Below are positions 26,240 to 29,039 of a DNA stretch of 29,039 nt, in pieces. The DNA is from Bdellovibrionia bacterium (lineage in GTDB: Bacteria; Bdellovibrionota; UBA1018): contig JBMSSC010000018.1 of the NCBI GenBank assembly GCA_049424145.1, positions 1-29,039 on the forward strand, in the 5' to 3' direction. The notes under the pieces are model-generated. The model was not told where the DNA came from. It ran no database searches and saw only the letters and a list, made by a program, of their open reading frames with translations. Position 1 is the first letter of the stretch; every line of letters begins with the position of its first letter. The position numbers were made by a program, and so were the translations under genes.

Positions 26240-28240
26240 ATGAGCGTGAAATTTTATCTTTGGACTTTTTTGACTCTCTTTAGTCTGCAAGCTTTTGGAG
26301 TCCCACAAGATGGAGTAGAAGTTAAATCAGTTTTGAATCTAATTGATTCAATGAATCGAGGGCGTTACGCTCTTTCCGCTGAAGAGAGTTCTTGTTCAGG
26401 GTTTATTCCGAAGAAGAGACTTGATCCCATCGATTTATCTGAAGTAGGTGCACTCAGCAGAGTGTCTCAGCATATTCGTGATCTGATTCAATCTGGTACA
26501 GCTGCTCAGGAAATTTTGGTGATTTTTGACGTAGATGGCGTGCTGACGAATGATTCAGATCCAAAGAAGAAAGCCGATTCAGAAGTGTTTCAGATTCGAA
26601 GTGAAGTGAAGAAAGTTTTAGATGATTTGCTGACTTTCGGAGTCAAGATACAGGCCTCCAGTGCTCATGCTAGTTTTTCTGGGACCCTTTCAAAATTGCG
26701 TTCGATTGGTCTTTCTCGAGAATTTGAGATTGACGATTGTCGTGAGGAGAAGATTAGGACGGGTGAAGTTGAGATCGAAGGTGAGACCCTGCAGTATTCT
26801 CATTGTGGGCGCGTGATTTCAGTCAAAGGGAAATCCGATCGGGGTTATAAAAGGAAAGCGTTTGCCGCACGATTGGGACTTCAAAGCAGCGAGTTTTCGA
26901 AGGTTCGCCGTGTTGCTTTTGTCGATGATCGAGCTGATTTTATTATGCAGTTTAAAAATGATCAGGTCAGCGCTCTAGGGGATAAAATTGTAGATTATTT
27001 TAAAATGACTCCAGTTCAGCGCGGTCTTCCTGTTTTAGATCGGTCTCATTCGATTCAGTTTAGGGATGCGATTCTGGCCCGATTTAAGGAGATTCATCCA
27101 CCCATCGAGATTTCACCTGAGTTTAAGGATGAGTTAGAGAAAAATCCTGAGAAGATTTTGGGATTGTTCCCCGAACAGAAACTTAGGTTGGAACGGTTTT
27201 ATCTCCAAGAGGAACAGCGTCAAAACAGAAAGACAGGAGAAGAGTTAAAGAAGCTGCTGAAGGACAGTGTTCAGGCCAAGAAGGCAATTCTTGAACTGTT
27301 AGGGCAGTCACCTCTTTTATTCGGTCGGGAACGCGAGTTAATAGAACAACTGGTTTTGGCTTTTCCTGGAAGCAGTAGAGAATTTTCGGGGAAGAATCAG
27401 GAGCATCGAATTAACTTTGATGACGCAGATGGAACAATTAATGTTCTCAGTTCTATTGAGCAAGTTTTTCGTAGGTCTTCCGCCGATTTGAAAAAAATAA
27501 TTATAGAAGATTTACAAAAGAAGCTATCGCATTCTAATATTAAAGTCAGAGACCTTGCTCTGCAGCTCTTGAAAAGATACGCGGGAATGCCAGAGCCTTC
27601 CGTTCAAGAACGGCTTCAGTTGATGAATCCTTATTCACCAGCGGAGCTTCAGGCTTGGACTTTCACGGATCCTAAATCCTACCAAAAGGGTGAAGACTTT
27701 ACTTTTTTGATTCATGGCGTTTTTCCAGATCAGTACCGTCCTAACGATAGTACTTTAGGCGCATTTTTTCCCGAAAATGTGTTCAAAAATCCAAAAGCTT
27801 TTATTGGGCGAAAAAGGATTTGTACATCGCTTCTCACCAAGCAGACTAATGAAAAGTTAGAGGTGGTTCAAACCTTTGCTCCAACAGGGGTCATCCTCAA
27901 GGTTCCGAGAGAAAACATCACGTATGCGAGTCATACGAATTTTGCAAGTAATGGAAGGTATGTTAGTCGACGAGCTGAGCTCATGGAGCCCAAAGAGGTG
28001 CTCAAAAACACGGCAAGCGACAAGTATAATGAGATCATTGTTGAAGGCACGAATCGGGTGACGGGTACGAAGTCCGAAATCGCAGGCGTCTTTATTAAAG
28101 AAGGGGTCAAAGATGATCTCGCTAAGGAAGCAATTGAATTTGCGAAGCGAGAAGGTCTGCCGGTGATCACGATTCCGGGAGGCTGGAAGGTGCCTGCAAG
28201 TATCCAGTCTCGGTTGAGCCCGCCTGCTCGATCTCCGTAG
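26240..28240 (+). CDS. Secreted protein: HAD-like hydrolase domain + helical linker + possible ADP-ribosyltransferase-like domain
   Basis: Signal peptide. HAD motifs IFDVDGVLT, ASS, K and FVDD. C-terminal FLIHG..ICTSL..TF..TGVIL..YNEIIV. Confidence 0.6.
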   Translation: MSVKFYLWTFLTLFSLQAFGVPQDGVEVKSVLNLIDSMNRGRYALSAEESSCSGFIPKKRLDPIDLSEVGALSRVSQHIRDLIQSGTAAQEILVIFDVDGVLTNDSDPKKKADSEVFQIRSEVKKVLDDLLTFGVKIQASSAHASFSGTLSKLRSIGLSREFEIDDCREEKIRTGEVEIEGETLQYSHCGRVISVKGKSDRGYKRKAFAARLGLQSSEFSKVRRVAFVDDRADFIMQFKNDQVSALGDKIVDYFKMTPVQRGLPVLDRSHSIQFRDAILARFKEIHPPIEISPEFKDELEKNPEKILGLFPEQKLRLERFYLQEEQRQNRKTGEELKKLLKDSVQAKKAILELLGQSPLLFGRERELIEQLVLAFPGSSREFSGKNQEHRINFDDADGTINVLSSIEQVFRRSSADLKKIIIEDLQKKLSHSNIKVRDLALQLLKRYAGMPEPSVQERLQLMNPYSPAELQAWTFTDPKSYQKGEDFTFLIHGVFPDQYRPNDSTLGAFFPENVFKNPKAFIGRKRICTSLLTKQTNEKLEVVQTFAPTGVILKVPRENITYASHTNFASNGRYVSRRAELMEPKEVLKNTASDKYNEIIVEGTNRVTGTKSEIAGVFIKEGVKDDLAKEAIEFAKREGLPVITIPGGWKVPASIQSRLSPPARSP

Positions 28241-28351
28241 AGTCCGCCAACTTTGGAGTTAAAAAACCTAGGGAGATCCCCCTAATCCGAGGACATGAGA
28301 ATGATCGAATCCAGTTGCACCCTGCTTGTTCATGAACGCTTTTGAGACAAA

Positions 28352-28374
28352 ACCCCCGTGAACCGAGAAGAACC
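28352..28374. mobile_element. ISL3 right-end-like inverted repeat remnant
   Basis: Its reverse complement GGTTCTTCTCGGTTCACGGGGG matches the IS left end at 28429 at 15/22 positions. Confidence 0.55.
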
Positions 28375-28375
28375 A

Positions 28376-28428
28376 GAACCGAAGAACCCAGAACCGAAGA
28401 ACCCAGAACCGAAGAACCCAGAACCGAA
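28376..28428 (+). repeat. 15-bp tandem repeat GAACCGAAGAACCCA, about 3.5 copies
   Basis: Exact copies at 28376, 28391 and 28406, plus a partial copy at 28421. Confidence 0.95.
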
Positions 28429-29039
28429 GGGTCTCCTCACTTGATGGTGGGTACCAGCAAGTAGAATAGTTGACAAATAGAAAGAGCATAGTAGACCTCT
28501 TTGGTCAAACCATTGAACTTATGACCCAGGAGATCCAACTATGCTCGGCCCCCAAACTACCCAGCTTTTGTCGTTTCAGGAAGTGAAAATTGTAGGACAG
28601 CAATTCAAAAAAAAATCGGTTGTTTTCAGAGCTGAGAAGATTTCTAAAATGGAAGTTTGCCCAAAATGTGCCAGTCCGAGTCAAAGCATTTACGATCACC
28701 GGAATGTCTGCATACGAGACGAACCCTTGGGTAAGCGATAGGTTGTAATTGAACTGCGGAAGCGACGGTTTTGGTGTGCTCAGTGTCGAAAACCATTTAC
28801 TGAGCCGGTGGTAGGAATTAAAAAGGGGCACCGGACCTCAGAGCGCTTTAAGAGAGCGGTTCGATGGGCGTGCGACACTTATACCAGCTTGGAAAAAGTT
28901 CAGAGTACTTTCAAGATTTCAACCGGTTACGTTTTCGAGACCTTTTATCAACAATTAGAACTACAAAGACGGATGAATAATCAATATCCATGGCCGTCAA
29001 CGATCGGCCTCGATGAACATTCCTTTCGAAGAACGAAAG
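28429..29039 (+). mobile_element. ISL3-family insertion sequence (left part, runs off the window)
   Basis: Left end GGGTCTCCTCACTTGATGG is ISL3-like. TTGACA at 28470. A transposase ORF follows. Confidence 0.8.
28541..29039 (+). pseudogene. ISL3 transposase interrupted by an in-frame TAG at 28739-28741
   Basis: CPKC..YDHR..IRD, then the stop, then in the same frame VVIELRKRRFWCAQCRKPFTE..IGLDEHSFRR (zinc finger completion and first DDE Asp). Open to the window end. Confidence 0.88.

Noticed and set aside
28376..28428. Possible CRISPR array
   Set aside because: The 15-bp units are directly adjacent with no unique spacers, and there are no cas genes.
28268..28489. 73-aa minus-strand ORF with FWVLR repeats
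   Set aside because: It is simply the translation of the 15-bp tandem repeat and IS end.
28739..28741. TAG reassignment (alternative genetic code)
   Set aside because: TAG behaves as a normal stop elsewhere, for example at 6218 and 12017, where the next gene starts right after.
1169..28831. Many short ORFs overlapping long genes (e.g. 1169-1552, 4254-4616, 9372-9695, 10872-11207, 20913-21317, 28505-28831)
   Set aside because: Antisense or off-frame shadows of well-supported CDSs with no independent coding signal.

Overview
Bacterial window of roughly 45% GC, probably Bdellovibrionota/Oligoflexia-like (inferred from gene content only). From left to right: (1) A tightly coupled operon (<1-5263). 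It encodes a single polypeptide that looks like a signal-peptide-led, RBM3-only FliF fused to a complete but divergent FliG, then a small outer-membrane beta-barrel, MotA, MotB and a membrane-anchored HEAT-repeat protein. No flagellar export, rod, hook or FliM/N genes lie in the window. This is the best candidate for an undescribed, possibly non-flagellar rotary motor. (2) An accessory island: an exported phage tail-collar-like protein, a 1928-aa CdiA/FhaB-like polymorphic toxin with no visible TPS domain or CdiB, its immunity gene and an orphan DUF6228-like gene. A 35-bp direct repeat brackets the toxin C-terminal half and the immunity gene. (3) A 2960-aa Ig-repeat surface lipoprotein with a beta-propeller partner. 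(4) A second, truncated FliG-like gene (N+M domains, no torque domain) with a possible sigma28 promoter, divergent from a coiled-coil gene. (5) DUF5522, a secreted HAD plus ART-like candidate effector, and an ISL3 element with an amber-interrupted transposase. The ISL3 is preceded by a right-end-like sequence and a 15-bp tandem repeat. All family assignments come from motif recognition by eye; no database searches were run.
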